Shown: one piece after another, positions 1 through 8,916 of the stretch
Layout of the letters: every line of letters starts with the position of its first letter
Numbering within the stretch: the first letter of the stretch is position 1
Assembly: GCA_040901795.1 (NCBI GenBank)
Contig: JBBDYH010000123.1
Span: 8,569-72,568 of the forward strand
DNA from: Pirellulales bacterium
GTDB lineage: Bacteria; Planctomycetota; Planctomycetia; Pirellulales; JALHPA01
Direction of reading: 5' to 3'
Length of the DNA stretch: 64,000 bases
Made by a program: the position numbers and the translations under genes
Notes under the pieces: generated by a model
The model's database searches: none
Told to the model about the DNA's origin: nothing
The model's input: the letters and a program-made list of their open reading frames with translations, nothing else

Positions 1-62
1 ATGGCGATCACCACCAGCAGCTCGACGAGGGTAAAGCCTCGTTTCCCGATTCGTTGTCTCAT
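1..62 (-). CDS. 5' end (about 21 codons) of a prepilin-leader protein, DUF1559/planctomycetal pseudopilin-like; the rest lies left of the window
   Basis: Reverse complement of 1-62 starts with ATG and reads MRQRIGKRGFTLVELLVVIAI. This is the type IV prepilin cleavage/methylation motif G|FTLVELLVV. Confidence 0.75.
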   Translation of the reverse strand, partial: MRQRIGKRGFTLVELLVVIA

Positions 63-242
63 ACTGACCTCCTGAAAAAGAAAAGGATAAAAACATGCGG
101 CGAATTGCCGCTTGCGTCAAACCGCTCGAATGCGACCCCCTACTCCAGCAGAACTGCCGCGAGCACCAGATGGATCGGTCCGTAATTTATACCCTGATTG
201 CATGGCTGTCAAACAGTTTTAGGGCGCGCTCGGCGATTTTTC

Positions 243-265
243 GTTGGAGTTCAAGCTTTAGCTTG
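243..265 (+). repeat. R23 repeat unit GTTGGAGTTCAAGCTTTAGCTTG (consensus copy)
   Basis: Same 23-mer (0-3 mismatches) at 7196, 27882, 31094, 39423, 39480(-), 39507(-), 45857(-) and 52582. It is a 9-nt tail plus the hairpin CAAGC-TTTA-GCTTG. Confidence 0.9.
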
Positions 266-296
266 TCGCGGGCGGCTGCGGACCGAACCCACCCTC

Positions 297-418
297 GTTG
301 GAGTTCAAGCCTTAGAACCGCTAACCATAGTAACCCGACGCGTAAGCGAGGCCGAATCTGCTGCCTCCTCGCTCACGCTTCGGGTTACGGGGGCGCCGGT
401 TGTGTTAGCGGTTCTTAG
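297..418. repeat. Degenerate R23 unit fused to a nested long palindrome
   Basis: 297-319 is GTTGGAGTTCAAGCCTTAGAACC. Outer inverted repeat: CTTAGAACCGCTAAC (311-325) / GTTAGCGGTTCTTAG (404-418). Inner 22-nt arms: GTAACCCGACGCGTAAGCGAGG (330-351) / CCTCGCTCACGCTTCGGGTTAC (367-388). Confidence 0.85.
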
Positions 419-581
419 CTTGTCCCCGCGCACCGCCTTCGATTCATCAGCAACTTACAGGTGGTAATTTGTCCAGACCCTGCTCTATACTGGCAACATC
501 CACGGCGCCGCGCCCGCCCGACGCCTCAGAGGCCTTTGTTCCAGGCCCGCGTCCAGAAAAGATTAAGCAAATCGTACGCCA

Positions 582-3500
582 GTGCCAGCCAACGCAACCA
601 TACTCTTGGGGCCCGCCGGAGCCGGCAAAACGACGCGATTGCTGGCCTGTTACCGCGATCACGTTGCCCGCCGCCCGTCGAGAGCCTCTGCTGGGTCGAC
701 CGACGGCCAACCACCGGGCATCGGTTCTGGGCTGTGGATTGCGCCCACACACCGCTCAGTTGAGGTAATCCGTGGCCGCCTCTTGGATATCGGGCTTCAG
801 GGCTGCCTGGCCCCAAACTGCCTTACGTTTGCCCAGTTCGCCAAATTGATCGTTCATAGGTCGCCGGCGCCGGCCCGGCCACTCCGCCCTCTCGAAAAAC
901 GCCAGTTCATCCGGCGGCTCATCGAACAGGCCGTTGCGGGCGAGCGACTCGGATACTTTCGTCCGATCGCGCACACCGAAGGCCTGATCGACCTGGTCTC
1001 CGAACTGTTCAGCGACCTCAAGCGGCAGGAGATTTGGCCGGACGAGTTTAAGAGTATATGCAACAAACTGGGGAATGCTCCCAAAGATTGCGCGTTGGCC
1101 GACTTGTACGAGCGATATCAGTTGCTCCTCAACGAGCACCAGCTCTATGACGACGAAGGGTTGTTCTGGTCTGCGCGCGACCTGCTCGGACAAGGCCACA
1201 TCGCTCCGTTCGATGGCGTCTCGCTGGTCGTCGTCGATGGTTTTGCAGACTTTACGCGCACGCAGCACGAGATCGTGTCCCTATTGTACGGTCGTGTCGA
1301 CCAGATGCTGATCTCGTTGCTGTGGGAAGACGGCCGAGCGGACTTGTTCCATAAACCGGCCAAAACGCTCACAGAGCTCGAGCGAAGGCTGCCGGCGTTG
1401 CGGCGCGAAACGATTTCGCGGCCCGCTCCTCATGCCGCACCATCTTTTGCTGCGACCCTCGGTCACCTGGAGCAACAGCTCTTCCGCGATCCTCGACACG
1501 CTCGAGCGAGCGATTCGGCCGCCGGGCTGGAAATCCTCGCGGCGTCGGGGCAACTGGGCGAGGTTGAGCTCTTGGCCCGCACGATCAAGCGGTTGCTCGT
1601 GGAAGGAGACATCGAAGACGGTAAGTGCATCCGACCTGGCGATGTCGCGGTCGTTTTTCGTTCGACTGCCGACGTGGCCCCCTTGGTGCGCGAAGCGTTC
1701 ACCGAGTACGGCATACCATTCGCCCTCGATAGTGGCATCAAGCTCGCGCGAGCGCCCCTGCTCTTGGCGCTGATCGCCGTCCTCAGGCTTGACTTGGAGG
1801 ATTGGCCGTTCCGGCAATTGCTTGAACTTGTCTCGAACAACTACTTCCAACCCGAGTGGCCGCAGTGGAGACGTGGGGCGGCGGCCGTTCAAGCCGAGGT
1901 GGCGATCCGCGCGCTGCAAATCCCGAAGGGCCGCCGCGCTCTGTTGGCGGCACTCGCGCGCTGGGCCGCCGCCGAGCTCGACGAGCGCGCTGCCGACCGC
2001 CGCCGCCAACGCCAAATAGCGGCCCGCGGCGCTTTGGATCTCTTCACGCGCCTGGCCACAGCTTTTGACCGCTTGCCGTCCAGTGCGACAGCCGGCCAAT
2101 GGTCCACCGCCTTGCAAGCGCTTGCCGACGAACTCGGCCTGCTCTCGGTTGCCGGCGAACCGTGTGAGCTGCCCGTCGCCCGACAGGACGCCGCCGCTTG
2201 GGAGCTGTTTCGAAAGCGTTTGGAAGCCAGCCTGGAACTCGAAGTCCAGCTCGACGGAGCTCCAGCACAGCTCGATCGCCGCGCGATCCTGCAGCGGATC
2301 GAGGATATCTGTGCGACCGAGGAACTGCCCCCCGAGCACGACGAAGCGGGTCGCGTCCGCGTACTCGCCGCGGCGAGCGCCCGTGCCCTGGACGTGCCCT
2401 ATCTCTTCGTCGCCGGGCTGTCGGAAAGAGTGTTTCCGGCCGCCGGCCGCGACGATCGGCTCTATACGGCCGCGGAGCATCGGCAGATGAATCGTGCGGG
2501 ACTGCGCTTCGTCGAACGGCACGAACGGGCCTGCGAAGAGATGCTGCTCTTCTATGAAATGATCATGCGCGCTCGTCGGCGGCTTTGGCTCAGCTACTCC
2601 GCGCTGGATGAAGCGGCCCAACCGCTCTCGCCCAGCCCCTATGTGACCGAAGTCGAGCGGCTGTTCCGGGCGGGCGCCCTGCATCGTGTTGAAGCGCCCA
2701 ATTTGAGCCCCGTTCCGACCGAAACTGAACCGTACTGCGTCCGCGACTTTCGCGTCAAAGCCATCTCCATGGCGATCGAAGGCAGCGCGCGCCTCGCCGG
2801 TCGTCTCCTGCGGCACGAGCACGAGCGCGACTCCACGACCGCCCTTTTGGCCGCTCTTCGCGCCACCGGCGAGCGTTCGCGCCGCGAGAGTTTCGGCGCG
2901 TTCGAGGGAGTACTGGCAAGCCCAGCAGTGCAAGCGCGCCTCGCGGCACGCTTTGGACCGGAGCACTGCTGGAGCACCAGCCAACTGGAGCAGTACGGCC
3001 GTTGCCCACACCAGTTCTTTCTGCAGCGCGTGTTGGGTTTGAACGAGATTGAGGACATCTCGCTGGAGATCAATCACTTCCTCCGCGGTCGACGCGCGCA
3101 CACGCTTTTGGCCGAGGTCCATCGCCAGCTCAACGCCTTGGGACCACCTTGCTCGCCGACCGAGTTCGACGCCGAAAAGTTCCAGCGGCTGGTGGCCGAG
3201 ACCCTCACGGCCGTGATCGAGCGCTCCGCGTCCGAAGGTCTGCTGGAGTCAGCGTTCGATTGCGTAGACCATCGCTTGATCGAACGCTGGATCAAGCGTT
3301 ACCTGGATCAGCACCTGAAGTACGACGAAGCTTTCAAAGACCTTGACGGGCGGCCAATGCCCACGCATTTCGAGGTCTCGTTCGGCCCGGTCAAGGACGA
3401 TGAAAACGCCGACGACGTCGATCCGCTCTCCAAACCCCTGGCCTACGAGCTGACCTGCAACGGCGTCTCGATTCGCCTTTCAGGGCGAGTCGATCGAATT

Positions 3501-3962
3501 GATATCGGTCTCGTCGATGGGCAGGTCGTGTTCAATGTGCTGGATTACAAGACCACGCCCTCCGCTTACTTCCGCGCAAAAGACATCTCCGATTGCAAAT
3601 CGCTGCAACTGCCGCTGTACGCCATGGCGGTGCAAGACCTGCTCTTGGCCGATAAAAACGCCGTCCCCTGGCACGGCGGCTATTGGCACCTTAGCGACAC
3701 CGGCTTCAACGCCAAGCGCGGAATGGCATTCCACGAGCGGACACCAAACGGCATCCGCCGCACTGAGCTGTGGACGCAGCTCCGCGAGCGGCTGGTCCAG
3801 CGCGTCACGCGCCTGGTGATGGGCATTCAACAGGGACAATTTCCCATGCACTGCGAAGACGAGCATTGCACCGGGCGTTGTCAATACAAAACCGTTTGCC
3901 GGGTGCATGCCGTGCGCTCGTTGGAGAAAACGTGGCAACCGCCGTCGATCCCAACCAGGTGA
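582..3962 (+). CDS. addB: AddB-type helicase-nuclease subunit (PD-(D/E)XK nuclease with Fe-S cluster cysteines)
   Basis: GTG start sits directly before a Walker A motif (LLGPAGAGKTT). C-terminal nuclease region has one distal Cys (GRCPHQFF) plus a C-x5-C-x3-C-x5-C cluster (HCEDEHCTGRCQYKTVC). The stop overlaps the start of a UvrD-type helicase. Confidence 0.85.
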   Translation: MPANATILLGPAGAGKTTRLLACYRDHVARRPSRASAGSTDGQPPGIGSGLWIAPTHRSVEVIRGRLLDIGLQGCLAPNCLTFAQFAKLIVHRSPAPARPLRPLEKRQFIRRLIEQAVAGERLGYFRPIAHTEGLIDLVSELFSDLKRQEIWPDEFKSICNKLGNAPKDCALADLYERYQLLLNEHQLYDDEGLFWSARDLLGQGHIAPFDGVSLVVVDGFADFTRTQHEIVSLLYGRVDQMLISLLWEDGRADLFHKPAKTLTELERRLPALRRETISRPAPHAAPSFAATLGHLEQQLFRDPRHARASDSAAGLEILAASGQLGEVELLARTIKRLLVEGDIEDGKCIRPGDVAVVFRSTADVAPLVREAFTEYGIPFALDSGIKLARAPLLLALIAVLRLDLEDWPFRQLLELVSNNYFQPEWPQWRRGAAAVQAEVAIRALQIPKGRRALLAALARWAAAELDERAADRRRQRQIAARGALDLFTRLATAFDRLPSSATAGQWSTALQALADELGLLSVAGEPCELPVARQDAAAWELFRKRLEASLELEVQLDGAPAQLDRRAILQRIEDICATEELPPEHDEAGRVRVLAAASARALDVPYLFVAGLSERVFPAAGRDDRLYTAAEHRQMNRAGLRFVERHERACEEMLLFYEMIMRARRRLWLSYSALDEAAQPLSPSPYVTEVERLFRAGALHRVEAPNLSPVPTETEPYCVRDFRVKAISMAIEGSARLAGRLLRHEHERDSTTALLAALRATGERSRRESFGAFEGVLASPAVQARLAARFGPEHCWSTSQLEQYGRCPHQFFLQRVLGLNEIEDISLEINHFLRGRRAHTLLAEVHRQLNALGPPCSPTEFDAEKFQRLVAETLTAVIERSASEGLLESAFDCVDHRLIERWIKRYLDQHLKYDEAFKDLDGRPMPTHFEVSFGPVKDDENADDVDPLSKPLAYELTCNGVSIRLSGRVDRIDIGLVDGQVVFNVLDYKTTPSAYFRAKDISDCKSLQLPLYAMAVQDLLLADKNAVPWHGGYWHLSDTGFNAKRGMAFHERTPNGIRRTELWTQLRERLVQRVTRLVMGIQQGQFPMHCEDEHCTGRCQYKTVCRVHAVRSLEKTWQPPSIPTR

Positions 3963-6900
3963 CGGCGTCGCGCACGCCGTATACTCCGGAACAACGCCGC
4001 GCGGTCGATACGCGCGATGTGTCCGTGGCATTATCGGCCGGAGCCGGCTGCGGCAAGACGTTCGTGCTCACAGAGCGCTATCTCTCGCACCTGGAGCCGA
4101 ACGACGCAGGCGCGCCCAACTGCGATTTGAGCCAGCTTGTGGCGATCACGTTCACCGATCGCGCAGCGCGCGAGATGCGCGACCGCATCCGCGCCAAATG
4201 TTTCGAGCGGCTGCAACAGGCGCCGCCGGAGCAAGGAGATTACTGGCTGGGACTGCTGCGGAGCCTGGACTCCGCGCGCGTCAGCACGATCCATTCGTTT
4301 TGCGGCACGCTGTTGCGGAGCCACGCCGTCGAGTCTGAATTGGACCCTCGGTTCGCCGTGCTCGAGGCAGCGCAGGCCGAGACGCTGCTGGCGGAGCAAA
4401 TCGATGATCTGCTGCGAACCAAGCTGGCGGCGCGGCACGACGACGTGCTGGAGCTGGTGACACAGTTCGGACTCGCCAGGCTGCGCGAGCATCTTGCCGA
4501 TCTCTTCGATTCCTGCCGCTCCCGCGATTATCATTGTTGGTTAGCGCGACAACCTCTGGAGCTCGTCGAACGTTGGGCGGAGTTCCATCGACAGCATGTG
4601 GTGCCCGGTCTCGCCCGCCGCGTGGTGGAGTGCCACGGCGCCAGGCGCCTGCTGGCGCTCTTGCGTGAGAATGTCTTCGATCATGCCGAGCTGCGCGAAC
4701 GTCAGGAGGCGATCTTGCGGTTGCTGCCTATGCTGCCGCAGTCGTCCACCCTCCGCGCCGACCTGGAAGTGATTCGTGAGCAGGCGAAAGTCGTCAGAAG
4801 CAAAAAGGCCTGGCCCAGCGAAGTCCTCAAAGACCAATTCCGCGATGCCGCCAAGGCGCTCCGCAACGAGATTGACAACGTCGCCGGCCAGCTCGAGTTT
4901 GACGCCGCCGCCTGCTTCGCATCCGCGGAGCTTGGCTTGGCGCTCTTAAAACTCGCCGACGAGGTCCATCACGCTTACGATGCCGCCAAAGCGGAGCTTG
5001 CCGTCCTCGATTTCGACGACCTGCTCATCCGCGCCCGCCGCCTGCTCACTGACCCCAACCACAGTCGCGTGCGCGAACGCTTAGCGCAGGACACCCGCCT
5101 GCTCTTGGTCGATGAGTGCCAGGACACCGACTCAGTGCAAGTCGAGCTGATCAAGGCGCTCTGCGGCGACCAGGCGGCCAAGCGGTTCGTCGTCGGCGAC
5201 TACAAGCAATCGATCTATCGCTTCCGGGGCGCCGATCCGAGTGTCTTCCGCAAGCTGCAAGCCGAAACACCTGAGCGCGGCCAACTCCCCCTCAACCGCA
5301 ACTTCCGCAGCCAGCCGGCGATTTTGCAGTTCGTCAACGCGCTGTTCTGCCAAGCGCTCACGAGCGAAGAATTGCCCTACGAGCCGCTGACGCCCCACCG
5401 TGATCAAACTTACGCCGGACCGGCGATTGAGTTCATCTGGTGCCTGGCCGATCACGCGAACGGCGAAGCCATCGACGACCCACCGGAGCAACCGGCCGAC
5501 AACGACTCACAACCCGACGAGAGCGAACCCGCCGGCGTCCGCGAGCTTCGCCGCCGCGAGGCGGACTGGATCGCACGCCGCATCTGTCAGTTCCTCACCA
5601 CCGAAGGGTGCGCTGGCGCCTCCGCACTGCAGATTCAGGACAAAGCGTCATCACAATCGCGCACCGTCCGTAAAGGCGACATCGCCATCCTGTTCCGCTC
5701 GCTTTCCGATGTGTCCTATTACGAAGAGGCGCTCCGCAGTTACGGAATCGATTACTACCTCGTCGGCGGGCATGCCTTTTACGCGCAGCAAGAAATCTAC
5801 GACGTGCTGAACCTGCTGCGATCGCTGGTCAGCCAGGCCGACGAGGTGAGCCTCGCCGGCGTCCTCCGCAGCCCGTTTTTTTCCCTCGTCGATGAGACGC
5901 TCTTTTGGCTCGCGCAAACCGAGCGCGGCCTGTGGAACAGCCTCTGCTCGGAGCGACTGTCGCCCGCGATCGATAAGGAACAGCAGGGCCGCGTGAAATA
6001 CGCCGCCCGCGTGCTCCAGAAACTACGCGCGCGGAAGGACCGTATCGGCATTGCCGAGCTACTCCACGAAGCATTGACTCGCACGGGCTACGATGCGGCA
6101 CTGTTGGGTGAGTTCCTCGGCGAGCGCAAGCTGGCGAACCTGCGGAAGCTCATCGCGCAGGCCCGTGCGCTCGATCGCACCGGGGTAATGAGCCTCTCGG
6201 ACTTCATTGTGCAGCTCTCGCAATTTGTCGTCCGTCAGCCCCGCGAGCCTTTGGCGGCAACGCATCCCGAAGCGACCGACGTAGTGCGGCTGATGACGAT
6301 TCACCAGTCGAAGGGACTGGAGTTCCCGGTGGTATTCGTCCCCGACGTCGGCCGGCGTTTCAACGACCACTCGAGTGCCGCTCGCTATTCCGACGACCTC
6401 GGCCCGCTGGTGCGGCTGCCGAAGGATCACGAGCACGCCCGCGCCGTGAACGGACACTGCTTGCACCGTCTGGTAAGCAGCGCGGAGGGCAAAGCGGAAG
6501 CGATCCGGCTGTTTTATGTCGCAGCCACGCGTGCGGCGGACTTCCTCGTCTTGTCGGGCGGACTGAAGAAGCTCGACGGTGAGAATGGACCCTGGATGCA
6601 ATTGCTGACTGAGCGGTTCGACGTCTCTAACGGACAACTCATTGCCTCGCTGCCCAAAGGTTATGCGACGCCGCAAGTGCGCGTGCTGCTGAAGACTCCC
6701 ACCATCGACGTCAAGCGGCAAGCCGCACACACCTCCGTCGATCACGAACGGATCCTGCGCGAGATTGAGCAGGCCGCGGTCGAACAGGACGGCCAGGTCG
6801 CTTCTTCGGCCGATCCCATTCCTTGCGACAAATCAGCCCGCCGTCGGTTCTCGGTCTCGCGTTTGTTGGGAACGCTCGAGGAGCCGCCATCCGATGGCGA

Positions 6901-7540
6901 CGTTCCGCAAACCTGGCCATCAGCCGACGGAGTGGCGACCGATGCCATTGAATTGGGCGTTCTCGTCCATGCGGCGCTCGCCACACTCGACTTCCACCAC
7001 GCCGGTGACCTCGCAGCGCACATCCTTTTGCACGCCGACAAACTCCAGGTGTGCAACCCCGCCACTCGTGACCAAGCGCTACGGCTGTTGGAGCCGTTTC
7101 TCGAATCGCCGCGCGCTGATCAGTTGCGCAAAGCACCACAGCTCTTTGGGGAAGTCGAGTTCCTGCTCGCCTGGCCCCCCGTCGGAGTTCAAGCAGTTGG
7201 AGTTCAAGCTTTAGCTTGCCAGCCTTATCTTCAAGGCTACCTCGACTGCCTCTATCAAGACGCCGCTGGCCGCTGGCATGTCGTGGACTACAAGACAAAC
7301 CAGGTATCGCCGAGCACTTTTTCGGACCTTGTCGCGCGATATGAGATGCAAATGCTCGCTTACGGCCTGGCCGCCGAGCAAGCGCTCGGCGAACCGATCG
7401 CCGAGCTCGCGCTTCATTTTCTCCGAACCGGCGCCGAGCACACGTTTCTCTGGGACGACAAAGCCCGCCACAGGGCCGTCCAGCTCATCGACCAGGCGAT
7501 CGCGGCAATCTGCTCTGACCGGTTGGAGTTCAGGCTTTAG
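3959..7540 (+). CDS. addA: AddA-type UvrD/Rep helicase with C-terminal RecB-family nuclease
   Basis: Motif I ALSAGAGCGKTF, motif II LLVDECQDTD, and nuclease motifs LDCLYQD and VVDYKT. Start placed at GTG 3959, overlapping the addB stop (GTGA). GTG 3932 is an alternative start. The track start at 3770 lies inside addB. Confidence 0.88.
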   Translation: MTASRTPYTPEQRRAVDTRDVSVALSAGAGCGKTFVLTERYLSHLEPNDAGAPNCDLSQLVAITFTDRAAREMRDRIRAKCFERLQQAPPEQGDYWLGLLRSLDSARVSTIHSFCGTLLRSHAVESELDPRFAVLEAAQAETLLAEQIDDLLRTKLAARHDDVLELVTQFGLARLREHLADLFDSCRSRDYHCWLARQPLELVERWAEFHRQHVVPGLARRVVECHGARRLLALLRENVFDHAELRERQEAILRLLPMLPQSSTLRADLEVIREQAKVVRSKKAWPSEVLKDQFRDAAKALRNEIDNVAGQLEFDAAACFASAELGLALLKLADEVHHAYDAAKAELAVLDFDDLLIRARRLLTDPNHSRVRERLAQDTRLLLVDECQDTDSVQVELIKALCGDQAAKRFVVGDYKQSIYRFRGADPSVFRKLQAETPERGQLPLNRNFRSQPAILQFVNALFCQALTSEELPYEPLTPHRDQTYAGPAIEFIWCLADHANGEAIDDPPEQPADNDSQPDESEPAGVRELRRREADWIARRICQFLTTEGCAGASALQIQDKASSQSRTVRKGDIAILFRSLSDVSYYEEALRSYGIDYYLVGGHAFYAQQEIYDVLNLLRSLVSQADEVSLAGVLRSPFFSLVDETLFWLAQTERGLWNSLCSERLSPAIDKEQQGRVKYAARVLQKLRARKDRIGIAELLHEALTRTGYDAALLGEFLGERKLANLRKLIAQARALDRTGVMSLSDFIVQLSQFVVRQPREPLAATHPEATDVVRLMTIHQSKGLEFPVVFVPDVGRRFNDHSSAARYSDDLGPLVRLPKDHEHARAVNGHCLHRLVSSAEGKAEAIRLFYVAATRAADFLVLSGGLKKLDGENGPWMQLLTERFDVSNGQLIASLPKGYATPQVRVLLKTPTIDVKRQAAHTSVDHERILREIEQAAVEQDGQVASSADPIPCDKSARRRFSVSRLLGTLEEPPSDGDVPQTWPSADGVATDAIELGVLVHAALATLDFHHAGDLAAHILLHADKLQVCNPATRDQALRLLEPFLESPRADQLRKAPQLFGEVEFLLAWPPVGVQAVGVQALACQPYLQGYLDCLYQDAAGRWHVVDYKTNQVSPSTFSDLVARYEMQMLAYGLAAEQALGEPIAELALHFLRTGAEHTFLWDDKARHRAVQLIDQAIAAICSDRLEFRL
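7181..7218 (+). repeat. R23 half unit plus full unit embedded in frame in addA
   Basis: GTCGGAGTTCAAGC (7181-7194) plus GTTGGAGTTCAAGCTTTAGCTTG (7196-7218), translated as PVGVQAVGVQALAC. Confidence 0.85.
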
Positions 7541-7574
7541 CCTATGCATCGCAGCCCGAAGGCTGTACTCCAAC
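7522..7574. repeat. R23 unit with facing partial reverse arm (hairpin) at the addA 3' end
   Basis: GTTGGAGTTCAGGCTTTAGCCTA (7522-7544) and GGCTGTACTCCAAC (7561-7574). The arms GTTGGAGT/ACTCCAAC pair. The addA stop TAG 7538-7540 lies in the repeat loop. Confidence 0.8.
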
Positions 7575-7580
7575 GCCGGA

Positions 7581-7605
7581 CCCTGAACCCTGAACCCCGA
7601 ACCCT
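7581..7605 (+). repeat. Heptamer microsatellite (CCCTGAA)n; the minus strand reads as GGGTTCA-type G-tracts
   Basis: CCCTGAA CCCTGAA CCCCGAA CCCT. The same heptamer family occurs at 29623-29645 and 54277-54318. Confidence 0.85.
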
Positions 7606-7610
7606 CCTTC

Positions 7611-8864
7611 GTGTTCGACCCCGACAAACAGCGCTGGTTTGCCGTCGAAGTCGTCAAGCAGCTCCGCGCGCACGAGCACGAAAGTTACTGGGCGGGCGGC
7701 TGCGTGCGGGACGAGTTGTTGGGCCACAAGCCCAAAGACTACGATGTCGCCACCTCGGCGCGCCCCGACGAGATTCGCCACATCTTTGGCAAACGGAAAA
7801 CACTCGCGATTGGCGCCGCCTTCGGCGTGATCACCGTGTTAGGCCCGTCCGGCGCCGGTCAGATTGAAGTCGCCACCTTTCGCCAGGACGTGAGCTACAG
7901 CGACGGCCGCCGGCCCGACGAGGTCCGCTTCAGTTCTCCGCGCGAGGACGCGCTGCGGCGCGACTTCACAATCAACGGCATGTTTTACGATCCGGTCGAA
8001 GGGCAGCTCATCGACTTCGTCGGCGGTAAGGACGACCTGGAGCGTCGCTTGATCCGCGCGATTGGCGAACCGCGCGAGCGCTTTACCGAGGACAAGCTGC
8101 GAATGCTCCGCGCGGTGCGGTTCGCGGCGGCATTCGAGTTTGCGCTGGAGGAGCACACCGAAGCCGCCATTCGAGAAATGGCGCACCAGCTCACTGTCGT
8201 CAGTGCCGAACGAATCGCGGCCGAAATGCGCGCCATGCTCGAAGGCGCCGGCCGCGCAAACGCCGTCGAGCTGCTGCGGCAAACGGCGCTCCTGGAACGG
8301 GTCCTTCCCGAAGTGACAGAGCTGGACGACGCCGAGCAAGAACGCTGGCAGACAAGGTTGCGCTTTCTCGACGCTCTTGACCGGCCGACGTTTCCGCAGG
8401 CGCTCGCCGTGCTGTTGGGTTGGCCGCAAGGCGAAAAAAAGGCTGCGATGGTCGGCCCCCGCTGGCGGCTTTCCAACAAGGAGATCGAGCGAACCGATTG
8501 GCTCTTGCGACATGGCACGGCGCTTGACGATGCCGCCGGCCAGCCCTGGCCGCGTCTGCAACCGGTCTTGGTGTACGAAGGGATCGATGACCTGATGAGC
8601 CTGTACCAGACCGCCGCGCGCATGGGCCTTGCCGCGCAGGCCGACGTCGATTTCGGCCGGCAAAAGCTGGCCCTTCCTCCCGAACAGCTCAATCCTTTGC
8701 CGCTCGTGACTGGCGAAGACTTGATCGCGCTCGGCGTCCCCAAGGGCAAGCTGTATGCCGTCCTCCTGAAAGCCGCCCGCGAGGCCCAACTCGCGGGGGT
8801 CATTCACACTCCCGAAGAAGCAAAAGCCTTTGTCTTAGATCGCTGGCGGCAATCCCGAGGCTGA
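7611..8864 (+). CDS. tRNA nucleotidyltransferase (CCA-adding) / poly(A) polymerase family protein
   Basis: Motifs GGCVRDELLG, DYDV and RRDFTINGMFYD. GTG start. 417 aa. Confidence 0.8.
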   Translation: MFDPDKQRWFAVEVVKQLRAHEHESYWAGGCVRDELLGHKPKDYDVATSARPDEIRHIFGKRKTLAIGAAFGVITVLGPSGAGQIEVATFRQDVSYSDGRRPDEVRFSSPREDALRRDFTINGMFYDPVEGQLIDFVGGKDDLERRLIRAIGEPRERFTEDKLRMLRAVRFAAAFEFALEEHTEAAIREMAHQLTVVSAERIAAEMRAMLEGAGRANAVELLRQTALLERVLPEVTELDDAEQERWQTRLRFLDALDRPTFPQALAVLLGWPQGEKKAAMVGPRWRLSNKEIERTDWLLRHGTALDDAAGQPWPRLQPVLVYEGIDDLMSLYQTAARMGLAAQADVDFGRQKLALPPEQLNPLPLVTGEDLIALGVPKGKLYAVLLKAAREAQLAGVIHTPEEAKAFVLDRWRQSRG

Positions 8865-8916
8865 CTACAGCAAGAAACGGGTGGGAACCTCCGTGCCGCC
8901 GTTTTAAGATGCGTGC

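Noticed and set aside
95-467. ORFs 95-418 and 198-467
   Set aside because: They are translations of the R23 units and the nested palindrome (VGVQALA, TRKRG...LTLRVTG-type peptides), not genes.
1281-3122. 613-aa ORF antisense to addB
   Set aside because: Arg/Gly/Ala-rich with no recognisable motif, and entirely inside a gene with strong motifs on the other strand. This is a typical high-GC antisense open frame.
3770-3958. Upstream extension of addA
   Set aside because: It lies within addB coding sequence. The helicase motif I follows soon after GTG 3959.
7581-7605. TTCAGGG-like repeats considered as telomere-type sequence
   Set aside because: The runs are short (3-6 units) and internal, between ordinary genes, with no sign of a replicon end.
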